A stretch of 32,000 nt of DNA from Candidatus Saccharimonadota bacterium (GTDB lineage: Bacteria; Patescibacteriota; Saccharimonadia; Saccharimonadales; Saccharimonadaceae). This document shows positions 1 to 7,354 of the stretch, in pieces (position 1 is the first letter of the stretch; each line of letters starts with the position of its first letter). The position numbers and the translations under genes are program-made. Under the pieces are notes generated by a model. The model searched no databases. It saw only the letters and a program-made list of their open reading frames with translations, and was not told where the DNA came from. The stretch is taken from assembly GCA_023898645.1 (NCBI GenBank), contig CP060232.1, forward strand, positions 990,001-1,022,000, written 5' to 3'.

Positions 1-74
1 CGCTTATCGTAATGATACCACATTTCATATGATTGCAACACTTTACCATATCTGTTAATATAATGAGGCTTTAC

Positions 75-151
75 GGGCGATTAGCTCAGCTGGCTAGAGC
101 GCCTCATTGACGTTGAGGAGGTCGGGGATTCGAATTCCTCATCGCCCACCA
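75..151 (+). tRNA. tRNA-Val (anticodon GAC), CCA encoded
   Basis: Cloverleaf readable by eye. Acceptor GGGCGAT/ATCGCCC, D-arm GCTC-AGCTGGCTA-GAGC, anticodon stem CCTCA/TGAGG with loop TTGACGT, T-arm GGGGA-TTCGAAT-TCCTC, 3' A-CCA. 77 nt. Confidence 0.9.
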
Positions 152-165
152 GAAAATATTCCAAC

Positions 166-194
166 AGATTACCGCAAGGTAATCTGTTTGTTTT
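166..194 (+). terminator. Intrinsic terminator after tRNA-Val
   Basis: 8-bp stem AGATTACC/GGTAATCT with GCAA (GNRA) tetraloop, followed by GTTTGTTTT. Confidence 0.6.
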
Positions 195-223
195 CCACTA
201 GGTCACAAAGTTTTCCACTAGGT
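190..223. repeat. Two perfect 14-bp direct repeats (GTTTTCCACTAGGT) with 20-bp period
   Basis: Identical 14-mers at 190-203 and 210-223. The spacing equals two helical turns, as expected for a direct-repeat protein binding site. Confidence 0.7.
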
Positions 224-238
224 TCTACGTACACTTTA

Positions 239-274
239 CACGTACCGTATATCAGCCATGATATACGGTACGTG
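239..274. promoter_or_regulatory. Perfect 15-bp inverted repeat (putative operator or hairpin) 11 bp upstream of a -35 box
   Basis: CACGTACCGTATATC (239-253), 6 nt AGCCAT, then GATATACGGTACGTG (260-274). No mismatches and no downstream T-run, so an operator is more likely than a terminator. Confidence 0.5.
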
Positions 275-285
275 TACTTGTTCCA

Positions 286-314
286 TTGACATTTCTAATT
301 GCTTATGTTAACAT
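286..314 (+). promoter_or_regulatory. Sigma70-type promoter (TTGACA-17-TGT-TAACAT) feeding a leaderless small ORF
   Basis: TTGACA 286-291, 17-nt spacer ending in TGT (extended -10), TAACAT 309-314. ATG lies 6 nt downstream. Confidence 0.5.
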
Positions 315-320
315 TAGTAC

Positions 321-467
321 ATGACAGAATCGTCACACAAAAAAGTTACCAACAAAAAACATATGTCCGACATCTCTGAACTAGAAAAGTTTACTCTTGG
401 CTTTGAGTTAAATGTACCCTGGAGTGAAGCAAGTCAGACAGTTCAACACCGACCTACGAAAAGATAA
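321..467 (+). CDS. Hypothetical 48-aa small protein (MTESSHKKVTNKKHMSDISELEKFTLGFELNVPWSEASQTVQHRPTKR), possibly leaderless
   Basis: ATG 321 to TAA 465-467, below the 60-aa cutoff of the ORF track. Sits at the expected transcription start of the consensus promoter above and has no SD. No recognisable domain. Confidence 0.3.
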   Translation: MTESSHKKVTNKKHMSDISELEKFTLGFELNVPWSEASQTVQHRPTKR

Positions 468-475
468 CTTTACAG

Positions 476-2104
476 TTATTTTGATTTCGATTTTACAGTA
501 GCTTTTTCGGTTACATCGAATTTATCAAAATATCGACCTAACAAAAGGGCTGTTTGTGATGTAAAAGCCGAAGCTGAACTATATACAATAGCCGTAACAG
601 GCATCAGGAACCACTGAAGAATCATCCAAACATTACGATGACGTTTGTATCTTAATGGGCGCGGTGGAAGCATCTTAAAGGCGAAAAACACTGTTATAAA
701 CAAGCCAACAAGAGCAATCTGTTGGATATGACTGATAACTTCTGGAAGTTGATGAGCGGCGATACTATGAGCAGCCTGACCGTTAACAAAAAGTGGCACC
801 CACCCACCTATTGCAATCAGTATCGCGATGCTTGCAAGAGTAACGTGACCATCAATCAAACGAATAAGCCGAGCTAAACTTGGTCCAAGAGGCACTTCTC
901 TACGATCAGTAAAAATTCTTGTTGCAACATATGCTATATCGGAAGCTCCGTATGCCCAACGACGAAGTTGTATAAACTGAGCCTTAAGTGTTCGTAGATA
1001 AGTTGAAGATAAAACAGCATCTTGATATATGGGTACAAATATAGATACAACGCCGTAATTACCTTTAAAATGAAAGTAACTCCTCCAATACTGATGGCCG
1101 TCTTCTACTATTGTTCGAGTGCTCCAAAAATTCATTTCAACAAGCGCATCCATTGGCTGAGAATGTGATGCAAAATTACGCAAAGTATGCGGTCTCATTG
1201 AGCTAATAATATTCCAAAATGAGTTTCCAGTAGCGACCACGCGCATCGGCGCTGGAGCATCCCAGATATTGTTAATGAAAAGGCATATTGGTTGATAGGA
1301 AAGGTTCTTGCGATCAAGATGAACGACATATTCATACGTAAGATAGTCAAAATAAGTAGGGTGTGTTCGATTGTCTGCGTCAAGAGTAGTAACAATTACA
1401 TCACTATATTTAATTTTACGCTTATCTAGCCAGTCCTTTAGAAAGAATCCTGCATACGTTATATTGCCGCCCTTACCCCGAACTTCATTAGGCAAATCAT
1501 TCGGATGTTCAACAAGTAGAAAATCCTTAAACTTACCCCGAAATTCCCTTTCAAGTGCATGAACTGTATCTTTAATCGCAGCGCCACCTCTCGCTTCATA
1601 TGCGACGACGACAATCATATGTTTTTTATCATAAGTAGAGTCAACAAGCGACTGAATTGTTGGCTGCAAGATATCATAGGACTCATTGTATGTTGCAATT
1701 ATAACAGCGTTATATATTTGAGACGGCTTCGGGTAGTTGTTCGGATGGGCGATAATTTCCTTTAGGTTCCCCGCATGATTATCGTGTGCAAAATCATTAT
1801 CCGGTTTCAGTGCGTCATCGATATATTTCGATGGATTTTCTAATTGTTTTAGCCTATCATGCCAATCTACCTTCTGAGCCTTCTCAAGTTGATTACGCCC
1901 AGTCGTTGTATGATATGCAATACCGACAGCCTTTATAAGGGTGGTTATAATAATCGCCAACAAATAGGCGGCTGCAATTAACGGATTAAGCAAAGAAAGT
2001 GCAACGAGCAATATAATGGATCCGTAACTTAAAAACGCAGGCAACATTTCATAGAAACGATATGCTGGAGTTCGCTTGCCTATTGGAATCTCTAGATCAG
2101 GCAT
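476..2104 (-). CDS. Processive family-2 glycosyltransferase (cellulose/chitin-synthase-like), polytopic membrane protein
   Basis: Readable motifs: TLDADN (DxD), VEDGHQYW (ED), QLRRWAYG (QxxRW). TM helices at both ends. Preferred start is ATG 2104 (MPDLEIP...), 1 nt after the stop of the upstream ORF. The track's 2203 start would overlap that gene by about 100 nt. Confidence 0.85.
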   Translation of the reverse strand: MPDLEIPIGKRTPAYRFYEMLPAFLSYGSIILLVALSLLNPLIAAAYLLAIIITTLIKAVGIAYHTTTGRNQLEKAQKVDWHDRLKQLENPSKYIDDALKPDNDFAHDNHAGNLKEIIAHPNNYPKPSQIYNAVIIATYNESYDILQPTIQSLVDSTYDKKHMIVVVAYEARGGAAIKDTVHALEREFRGKFKDFLLVEHPNDLPNEVRGKGGNITYAGFFLKDWLDKRKIKYSDVIVTTLDADNRTHPTYFDYLTYEYVVHLDRKNLSYQPICLFINNIWDAPAPMRVVATGNSFWNIISSMRPHTLRNFASHSQPMDALVEMNFWSTRTIVEDGHQYWRSYFHFKGNYGVVSIFVPIYQDAVLSSTYLRTLKAQFIQLRRWAYGASDIAYVATRIFTDRREVPLGPSLARLIRLIDGHVTLASIAILIAIGGWVPLFVNGQAAHSIAAHQLPEVISHIQQIALVGLFITVFFAFKMLPPRPLRYKRHRNVWMILQWFLMPVTAIVYSSASAFTSQTALLLGRYFDKFDVTEKATVKSKSK

Positions 2105-2105
2105 A

Positions 2106-2489
2106 TCACGACAGCGAAGCAATTTTAAGAATTTGATAAAAAATTGTAGCCGCAACAAGAATAAGAATAATACTGAACCATATAAATGCCGCTGTAAAGT
2201 CACGCCCCTTTTTTTGAAGCAATTTATAACTGGTCATACTGTGCACAACCGCTAAAACAATTACGTAAGCAACAAAAGTTAGAAGATAATACCATTTATC
2301 ACGATAAAAATTCGTAGGGCCAAAACCTGTGTAATGAACGACAACCTGAAGCTCGCTTGGGTGAATTTGGGAAAGTAAAAAGACGATGACACCAGCACAT
2401 ACTAGAAGAAATACGAACAGAAGGACGGCTATATACCGATCTTTAACGACTTCATTCACTGAACCTATGATTGTTTGCTTAATATTCAT
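2106..2489 (-). CDS. Small polytopic membrane protein (127 aa, about 4 TM), partner of the GT-2 enzyme
   Basis: Hydrophobic helices are readable. The stop abuts the GT-2 start (TGA-T-ATG). The ATG lies only 8 nt after the 3' CCA of tRNA-Gly. No domain recognised. Confidence 0.7.
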   Translation of the reverse strand: MNIKQTIIGSVNEVVKDRYIAVLLFVFLLVCAGVIVFLLSQIHPSELQVVVHYTGFGPTNFYRDKWYYLLTFVAYVIVLAVVHSMTSYKLLQKKGRDFTAAFIWFSIILILVAATIFYQILKIASLS

Positions 2490-2497
2490 AATCTAAT

Positions 2498-2572
2498 TGG
2501 TGCGGGTACAGAGAATTGAACTCTGCTCTTAACCTTGGGAAGGTTACATATTAGCCACTATACGATACCCGC
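2498..2572 (-). tRNA. tRNA-Gly (anticodon CCC), CCA encoded
   Basis: Reverse complement GCGGGTA...TAACC-TTCCCAA-GGTTA...CAGAG-TTCAATT-CTCTG-TACCCGC-A-CCA. 75 nt. Confidence 0.9.
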
Positions 2573-2583
2573 GTTTATCGTTA

Positions 2584-2659
2584 TGGAGCCGCTGTCCGGA
2601 TTTGAACCGGAGACCTACGCTTTACGAAAGCGCCGCTCTACCAACTGAGCTACAGCGGC
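2584..2659 (-). tRNA. tRNA-Thr (anticodon CGT), CCA encoded
   Basis: Reverse complement GCCGCTG-TA-GCTC-AGTTGGTA-GAGC-G-GCGCT-TTCGTAA-AGCGT-AGGTC-TCCGG-TTCAAAT-CCGGA-CAGCGGC-T-CCA. 76 nt. Confidence 0.9.
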
Positions 2660-2681
2660 GAAACCGCGGTCCGTGCGTCTG

Positions 2682-2690
2682 ATTATACCA
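2682..2690 (-). promoter_or_regulatory. Extended -10 promoter (TGGTATAAT) for the tRNA-Thr/tRNA-Gly/membrane protein/GT-2 transcription unit
   Basis: Plus strand ATTATACCA is TGGTATAAT on the minus strand, 22 nt upstream of the tRNA-Thr 5' end. Confidence 0.5.
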
Positions 2691-2723
2691 TTTGACGTAA
2701 AAGAAATAAACGAATCTACACCG

Positions 2724-2752
2724 TTGCGCCAGAGGCGAAAAGCTGGTATCAT
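2724..2752 (+). promoter_or_regulatory. Promoter for tRNA-Asp (TTGCGC-17-TGG-TATCAT)
   Basis: TTGCGC 2724-2729, 17-nt spacer ending in TGG, TATCAT 2747-2752. The tRNA starts 22 nt downstream. Divergent from the minus-strand tRNA promoter. Confidence 0.45.
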
Positions 2753-2773
2753 ACTTGAAGCGCCAAGCTATGA

Positions 2774-2851
2774 GGGCTCGTAGTGAAGTTGGCCTATCAC
2801 GCCTCCCTGTCACGGAGGAGATCGCCGGTTCGAATCCGGTCGGGCCCGCCA
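2774..2851 (+). tRNA. tRNA-Asp (anticodon GTC), CCA encoded
   Basis: GGGCTCG-TA-GTGA-AGTTGGCCTA-TCAC-G-CCTCC-CTGTCAC-GGAGG-AGATC-GCCGG-TTCGAAT-CCGGT-CGGGCCC-G-CCA. 78 nt. Confidence 0.9.
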
Positions 2852-2858
2852 AAAATGT

Positions 2859-2886
2859 ATCACCCAAACAGGGTGATTTTTGTTTA
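2859..2886 (+). terminator. Intrinsic terminator after tRNA-Asp
   Basis: Stem ATCACCC/GGGTGAT, loop AAACA, then TTTTTGTTT. Confidence 0.65.
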
Positions 2887-2907
2887 CATAAAACAGGGGT
2901 GTTTTGA

Positions 2908-2936
2908 TTGACCGCTATCCGTTAGCGTGATAGGAT
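2908..2936 (+). promoter_or_regulatory. Promoter of the surface-protein gene pair (TTGACC-17-TGA-TAGGAT)
   Basis: TTGACC 2908-2913, 17-nt spacer ending in TGA, TAGGAT 2931-2936. An A-rich leader of about 30 nt runs to ATG 2974, with no obvious SD. Confidence 0.45.
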
Positions 2937-2973
2937 ATAACAGTAGTAAAACAACTTCGCAAAAATAAAAAAA

Positions 2974-5172
2974 ATGAGAAAAATATTCGGACACAAGTTT
3001 ATAATCGGGCTAACGCTTATTACTGCTCTATTTTCACTTGTTCCCACCTCTGCTTACGCAGCTAGCAATTCCGTAGCCCTGACGCCCGCATCAGGAACCA
3101 ACCAGCCTGGCACGAATTTCCCGGTCAGCATTGACGGTCATGTCGGGAGTTCATGGTTTGGAACCCACAGTGTCACCGGAACGATTACGTTTCCAGCGAA
3201 TTTAATAAAAGTTGTCAGTATCAACACATCCGGATCAACATTCTTCGCATCGTCAAAAATTACATTCAGCAACACCAATGGTACGATAACGTTTAATCAA
3301 AGTAGCGGCCTCTTTTCTGCTGCTAATAACCAAGATGTTCACTTATTTATAGTAAACTTTCAATTTCTCGCCAATGGAACTGCGAATGTTAATTTCAGCA
3401 ACGTAAAATACGACACAGGTACAGCCGCTACAAGTGGCGGTATCTACACCATTAGCACACCATCACCATCACCATCACCCTCACCTTCACCATCTCCGTC
3501 TCCAAGCCCAACGCCCACTCCTACGCCATCTACGAAACCAAGCCCGACCCCTACGCCCAATGCGAAATCGACCCCGAGTCCAGCGCCATCTACGAAACCA
3601 AGCCCGACCCCTACGCCCAATGCGAAATCGACCCCGAGTCCTACCCTTAAGGATAATGTAAAGCAAACACTATCATCCCCCACTCCAATAGCTAATAACC
3701 CTGTAAACCAGGATCTCGAGAGCACTCTCACACCCGTGTCGAGTAGTGAAGGAGGTCTTAAAATAAAAAACGTTAAGGTCACGGCTACTCGACAGCAAAA
3801 CAGTATCACTTGGTCTCTAAGCAGTATCGACGCAAAACCCATATTTCTCTACGGGACATCAAAAGATTCTCAAAACAACACCGGAACAATCGTTCAACAA
3901 AATGACGGCAGCTATCTTGTCAACCTTACAAACCTTAAACCCGGAACGCTGTATTACTTCACTATCAATGCCGCATCTAAAGATAACTTACTCGGAGCAA
4001 ACTATAGAGGCGCCCTAACTACCCGAGGCTACCCCGTTCAATTAACAATAAAACAAAATAACTTACTCATACCTGGCGCAAAAGTAAAAATTGGCGAAAG
4101 AGAGTTTGTAACAAATGAGTACGCAATCATATCAACAGAACTAAGCGATGGGGATTTCACGGCCATCATTACAGAACCCAATTCAACCGATAGTCATAGT
4201 GTTGAATTTACCGTAAAAAAACTTGTATACAACGGAGGCCAAAATCCAAGTCAACAGAAAATTGCACTTAATTTATCGACTCTTGGAAAATCAGCCGCGC
4301 CGAACACCTCGCTTTTGCCTATGGCCGTCGGAGGTGGCGTATCAGTAACTGGCATGACGGGCGGTATAGTCGGTCTCGCTATCTATCGAAAACGAAAAGC
4401 CAGTGAACAAGCAGGAAACCAAGTGGACAGCGACCTTCTTATTTCGAACTACGGTGAAAATGTAAGTCAACACCGTGATAATACCCCTGCTCCAAATTTA
4501 GCAATGATACCTGATATCAAATCACAATCTGGAATAACCCAAGTCAATCAGCCAAACTCCGAAAATCTACCCGCTGAACAAATAATTTATTCAGCTCCAT
4601 CACCTAATGTCGACTCGGAGCCTAACTCCTTTAACTCAGAATCCCTGCCCCTACCCCCGTCGCCCAGTGTGACTACGGTCACGACCAATCAAAATGACTC
4701 TACCGGAGCTGTCATGAATAGTGACGTCTCTACGAATACCCGGTATGATTCTGAAGCCGAACAAATCTCTGAAGAAATAATAAAAGTGGAATCTTCCGAG
4801 CAGACAGTTGACGATTCACCGAGTGCTATTTACGATGCAGAGACAGGACAACTTGACATAATCCATCATCATAACTCCGAGAATTCAACCGAAAGTGAAT
4901 CTCTCAACAGTTCCGGAACAGAAACATCACCTCCGAATGACTCAACAGAAACGACATTAAGTAATTCGTCTATAGACCAAGATGAATTAGACTTTCCCGA
5001 TAACGATCATAGCCAGACCGAATTATCTTTAGATGAGAATGATTATTTGGATCATACTGCACCGTCCGTCATGTCTAAAGCAGCAAACCCCGCACCAGCA
5101 TCAACATCAACATCAGCACCGACGACAACACAGCAACCCGTGATAACAGAACCTCATCAGGAGCTGATATGA
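2974..5172 (+). CDS. Type-I membrane surface protein with cohesin-like domain, (SP/TP)n linker, FN3-like and CarboxypepD_reg-like beta-sandwich domains, TM helix and long acidic disordered C-terminal tail
   Basis: Signal peptide (...[10 protein letters not shown]). Cohesin-like N-domain (VALTPASG...FPVSIDG...[14 protein letters not shown]...[10 protein letters not shown]). [12 protein letters not shown] linker. FN3-like segment (ITWSL...[13 protein letters not shown]). GYPVQLTIK...VKIGE module. TM helix GGIVGLAIY plus YRKRK. About 260 aa of S/N/D/E-rich tail. Domain names come from motif reading only. Confidence 0.85.
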   Translation: MRKIFGHKFIIGLTLITALFSLVPTSAYAASNSVALTPASGTNQPGTNFPVSIDGHVGSSWFGTHSVTGTITFPANLIKVVSINTSGSTFFASSKITFSNTNGTITFNQSSGLFSAANNQDVHLFIVNFQFLANGTANVNFSNVKYDTGTAATSGGIYTISTPSPSPSPSPSPSPSPSPTPTPTPSTKPSPTPTPNAKSTPSPAPSTKPSPTPTPNAKSTPSPTLKDNVKQTLSSPTPIANNPVNQDLESTLTPVSSSEGGLKIKNVKVTATRQQNSITWSLSSIDAKPIFLYGTSKDSQNNTGTIVQQNDGSYLVNLTNLKPGTLYYFTINAASKDNLLGANYRGALTTRGYPVQLTIKQNNLLIPGAKVKIGEREFVTNEYAIISTELSDGDFTAIITEPNSTDSHSVEFTVKKLVYNGGQNPSQQKIALNLSTLGKSAAPNTSLLPMAVGGGVSVTGMTGGIVGLAIYRKRKASEQAGNQVDSDLLISNYGENVSQHRDNTPAPNLAMIPDIKSQSGITQVNQPNSENLPAEQIIYSAPSPNVDSEPNSFNSESLPLPPSPSVTTVTTNQNDSTGAVMNSDVSTNTRYDSEAEQISEEIIKVESSEQTVDDSPSAIYDAETGQLDIIHHHNSENSTESESLNSSGTETSPPNDSTETTLSNSSIDQDELDFPDNDHSQTELSLDENDYLDHTAPSVMSKAANPAPASTSTSAPTTTQQPVITEPHQELI
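3459..3512. repeat. Hexanucleotide (TCACCA-like) microsatellite encoding (SP)n
   Basis: CCATCACCATCACCATCACCCTCACCTTCACCATCTCCGTCTCC... translates to [16 protein letters not shown]. Confidence 0.8.
3524..3641. repeat. Perfect 58-nt direct repeat with 60-nt period (2 copies) inside the linker
   Basis: 3524-3581 is identical to 3584-3641. It encodes [19 protein letters not shown] twice, and only 2 nt between the copies differ. Confidence 0.95.
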
Positions 5173-6809
5173 GTAAGAAGATTCACCTAATCCGAACAAC
5201 TCGTCGATATACAAAGGTGATCGTGGCAATTTTATACATCATAACAATCATTACGCCGTGTACGAATGTATTTGCAGCGACGAATATACTTTACGTTGCA
5301 CCAAATCAATCACAAATGAACATAGGTGATCAACTTTGCGTGGACATCACTAGCTACGTCGGTACAATTAGTTCCGGTACAGATATCACAACCACTGGCA
5401 CACTAACTTATAACTCAAACTTGCTGCAATTCGTACAGATATTAGCAAACGGCAAAAAATGCCCAGGCACCAACGGCAACGACAATGCCACTAGCTATTA
5501 CCAGGGTCGATCAACAACCGTACATACGGGTTCAATCGATTTCAGCGCATCACAAAGTCAAGCGGATAGCGGAGTGCGGTACGTATTCGCCGCTAAATTC
5601 AAGGCAACCGCAGCTGGTAATGCCTCAATTGACTTCAGTAGTGGCAGTCTTAATGGCACTCAACCGACCCTTCAGGGTGGTACGTTCACGATTATCAACC
5701 CCACTCCTTCCAGTACGCCACAACCATCTAAAAAACCCTCATCCAGCCCCAAACCCGTCAGCTCGACACCCAAAACTACACAGCCTAGTACAACAACTCC
5801 TCCTAATGCGACAAGTCCCCAAACAACAACCAGTACGACAATACCTCAAACGACAGTCGACCCCACCGGACTTATTGACAGTGTCACGGCGACACCTTCA
5901 TATACATCAAGCACGGTTACATGGCGAGTGGACGCTACAAATCCCACTTCAAGTATTAACTACGGAGTCTCATATGATCAATTAGATAAGAAAGCCAGTG
6001 TGAAAAAGGGAGCAGGCGGCACCTTTACCGCTACGCTATCCAACCTTTCACCGGGAATATATTATTATTTCACTATAACTGCAAATGGAAAGCACGTTTC
6101 AACCGGAAATTACAGTTCATCATTTGTCACATCTGGCTATCCGGTTGTTCTAACAATCACCGAAAACCATATACCTATACAAAGTGCGCAAGTAAAGATT
6201 GGTGAACAGAGCTTAACGGCAAATAGCAGCACCCTTACCGTTGGACTTGCCGCTGGCAGCTATAGTGGCACCATTACGACAGATACTGCCACGCTAAACA
6301 TCAACTTAACCGTCAAAGAAGAACCGATTCCGACTGACGGCACTCCACCAAAATCGCAATCTCGATCATTCGATCTAACTAGCGCAGCCATTGATGGAGG
6401 ACCTGGCTCTAATTTTGCAATTTTCGCATTCATTGGCGCCCTTGCTGGCGGCACCATACTTTTGGCATTTGGTTTTGTTGTCTTTATGAACTACCGCAAA
6501 CGAAAGTTTGATTCAGAAACCTACTCCACTTCTCCCACGTCTACTGTCGTTATAGAAGACGGTTACAATTGGCATCAAAAAGCTGATTTACCCTTACCCG
6601 ATGTAGAGCCAGTACCACCTATGCCAACCCTGGTGCCACCAAATATAGAAACACCCCGACACGCTAATTCGGTTTACTTAACAGAAGAAGAGCCACCCGA
6701 TATGTTTGAACAAATACAGACACCTTCGCCAGAAACAATTAATCCGACTTCTCCGTCGACAAACGAGATGCCACAAAATCCCAATTCACCACATTCCACC
6801 ACGCCTTAA
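5169..6809 (+). CDS. Paralogous type-I membrane surface protein (cohesin-like, S/T/P linker, FN3-like, CarboxypepD_reg-like, TM helix, Pro-rich tail)
   Basis: Same architecture as 2974-5172. Clearly homologous blocks include [18 protein letters not shown] vs [29 protein letters not shown]...VKIGEQ vs [11 protein letters not shown]...VKIGER, and MNYRKRKF vs AIYRKRKA. The start overlaps the upstream stop (ATGA at 5169-5172). Confidence 0.85.
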   Translation: MSKKIHLIRTTRRYTKVIVAILYIITIITPCTNVFAATNILYVAPNQSQMNIGDQLCVDITSYVGTISSGTDITTTGTLTYNSNLLQFVQILANGKKCPGTNGNDNATSYYQGRSTTVHTGSIDFSASQSQADSGVRYVFAAKFKATAAGNASIDFSSGSLNGTQPTLQGGTFTIINPTPSSTPQPSKKPSSSPKPVSSTPKTTQPSTTTPPNATSPQTTTSTTIPQTTVDPTGLIDSVTATPSYTSSTVTWRVDATNPTSSINYGVSYDQLDKKASVKKGAGGTFTATLSNLSPGIYYYFTITANGKHVSTGNYSSSFVTSGYPVVLTITENHIPIQSAQVKIGEQSLTANSSTLTVGLAAGSYSGTITTDTATLNINLTVKEEPIPTDGTPPKSQSRSFDLTSAAIDGGPGSNFAIFAFIGALAGGTILLAFGFVVFMNYRKRKFDSETYSTSPTSTVVIEDGYNWHQKADLPLPDVEPVPPMPTLVPPNIETPRHANSVYLTEEEPPDMFEQIQTPSPETINPTSPSTNEMPQNPNSPHSTTP

Positions 6810-7344
6810 CATAATCATCTCTCTTATTTTTATAATCAAGATAATATGCGTGCTCCCACACATCCAATCCTAAAATCGGTTCAGGAAGACCATTGTTTAT
6901 AGGGGTATTCTGATTAGGTGTTGTAGTTATTGTCATATCAGGCTGCAACCATACCCATCCACTTCCAAAAATACCTAATGATTTTGTAGTAAATTCATCA
7001 ACAAATCTCTGAAAACTTCCGAACTTTTCTGCCAAATCTAACGCCAATTGGCCTGTTGGCTCGCCTCCGCCGTCAGGAGACATCCATTTCCAAAATAGTG
7101 AATGATTGTAATGACCACCACCATGATTTTGAATTGCGGTACGAGCTGACTCCGGTAGATTATCTAACCCACTCAGTAAATCTATCAATGTTCGATTCTT
7201 AAGCTCGGGGTGGCTATCTAGTGCGACGTTTAACTTATCGATGTAAGCTTGATGGTGTTTATTGTGGTGCAGCTCCATGATGTCGCTACTAATATATTTT
7301 CCGAGTGCATCGTAATCGTAGTCGAGAGCTGGTAAGCTGTACAT
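6739..7344 (-). CDS. sodA: Superoxide dismutase, Fe/Mn family (Mn-type signature)
   Basis: LPALDYDYDALG, HHNKHHQAY, QNHGGGHYNHSLFW, FGSGWVWL and DVWEHAYYLDYKNKR are all canonical Fe/Mn-SOD motifs. The GGGH motif and Q in PNQNTP indicate the Mn type. AGGAG SD upstream. Confidence 0.95.
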   Translation of the reverse strand: MYSLPALDYDYDALGKYISSDIMELHHNKHHQAYIDKLNVALDSHPELKNRTLIDLLSGLDNLPESARTAIQNHGGGHYNHSLFWKWMSPDGGGEPTGQLALDLAEKFGSFQRFVDEFTTKSLGIFGSGWVWLQPDMTITTTPNQNTPINNGLPEPILGLDVWEHAYYLDYKNKRDDYVKAWWNVVNWDFVASRLSTEKSD

Positions 7345-7354
7345 ATTTTAACTC

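Noticed and set aside
107-289. 60-aa ORF (TTG start) on the plus strand
   Set aside because: It starts inside tRNA-Val and reads through the terminator and repeat cassette, so it is a spurious ORF.
2105-2203. N-terminal 33-codon extension of the GT-2 ORF
   Set aside because: It overlaps the 3' end of the upstream membrane-protein gene. ATG 2104 gives a tidy TGA-T-ATG junction.
2622-2867. 81-aa ORF on the minus strand
   Set aside because: It runs across tRNA-Thr, the divergent tRNA promoter region and tRNA-Asp, so it is not coding.
3434-3842. ORFs 3434-3661 (+, His/Arg/Pro-rich) and 3444-3842 (-, Gly/Val/Asp-rich)
   Set aside because: Both are alternative-frame or antisense readings of the (SP)n/(TP)n low-complexity linker of the 732-aa surface protein. 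Their composition is a mirror artefact of the repeat.
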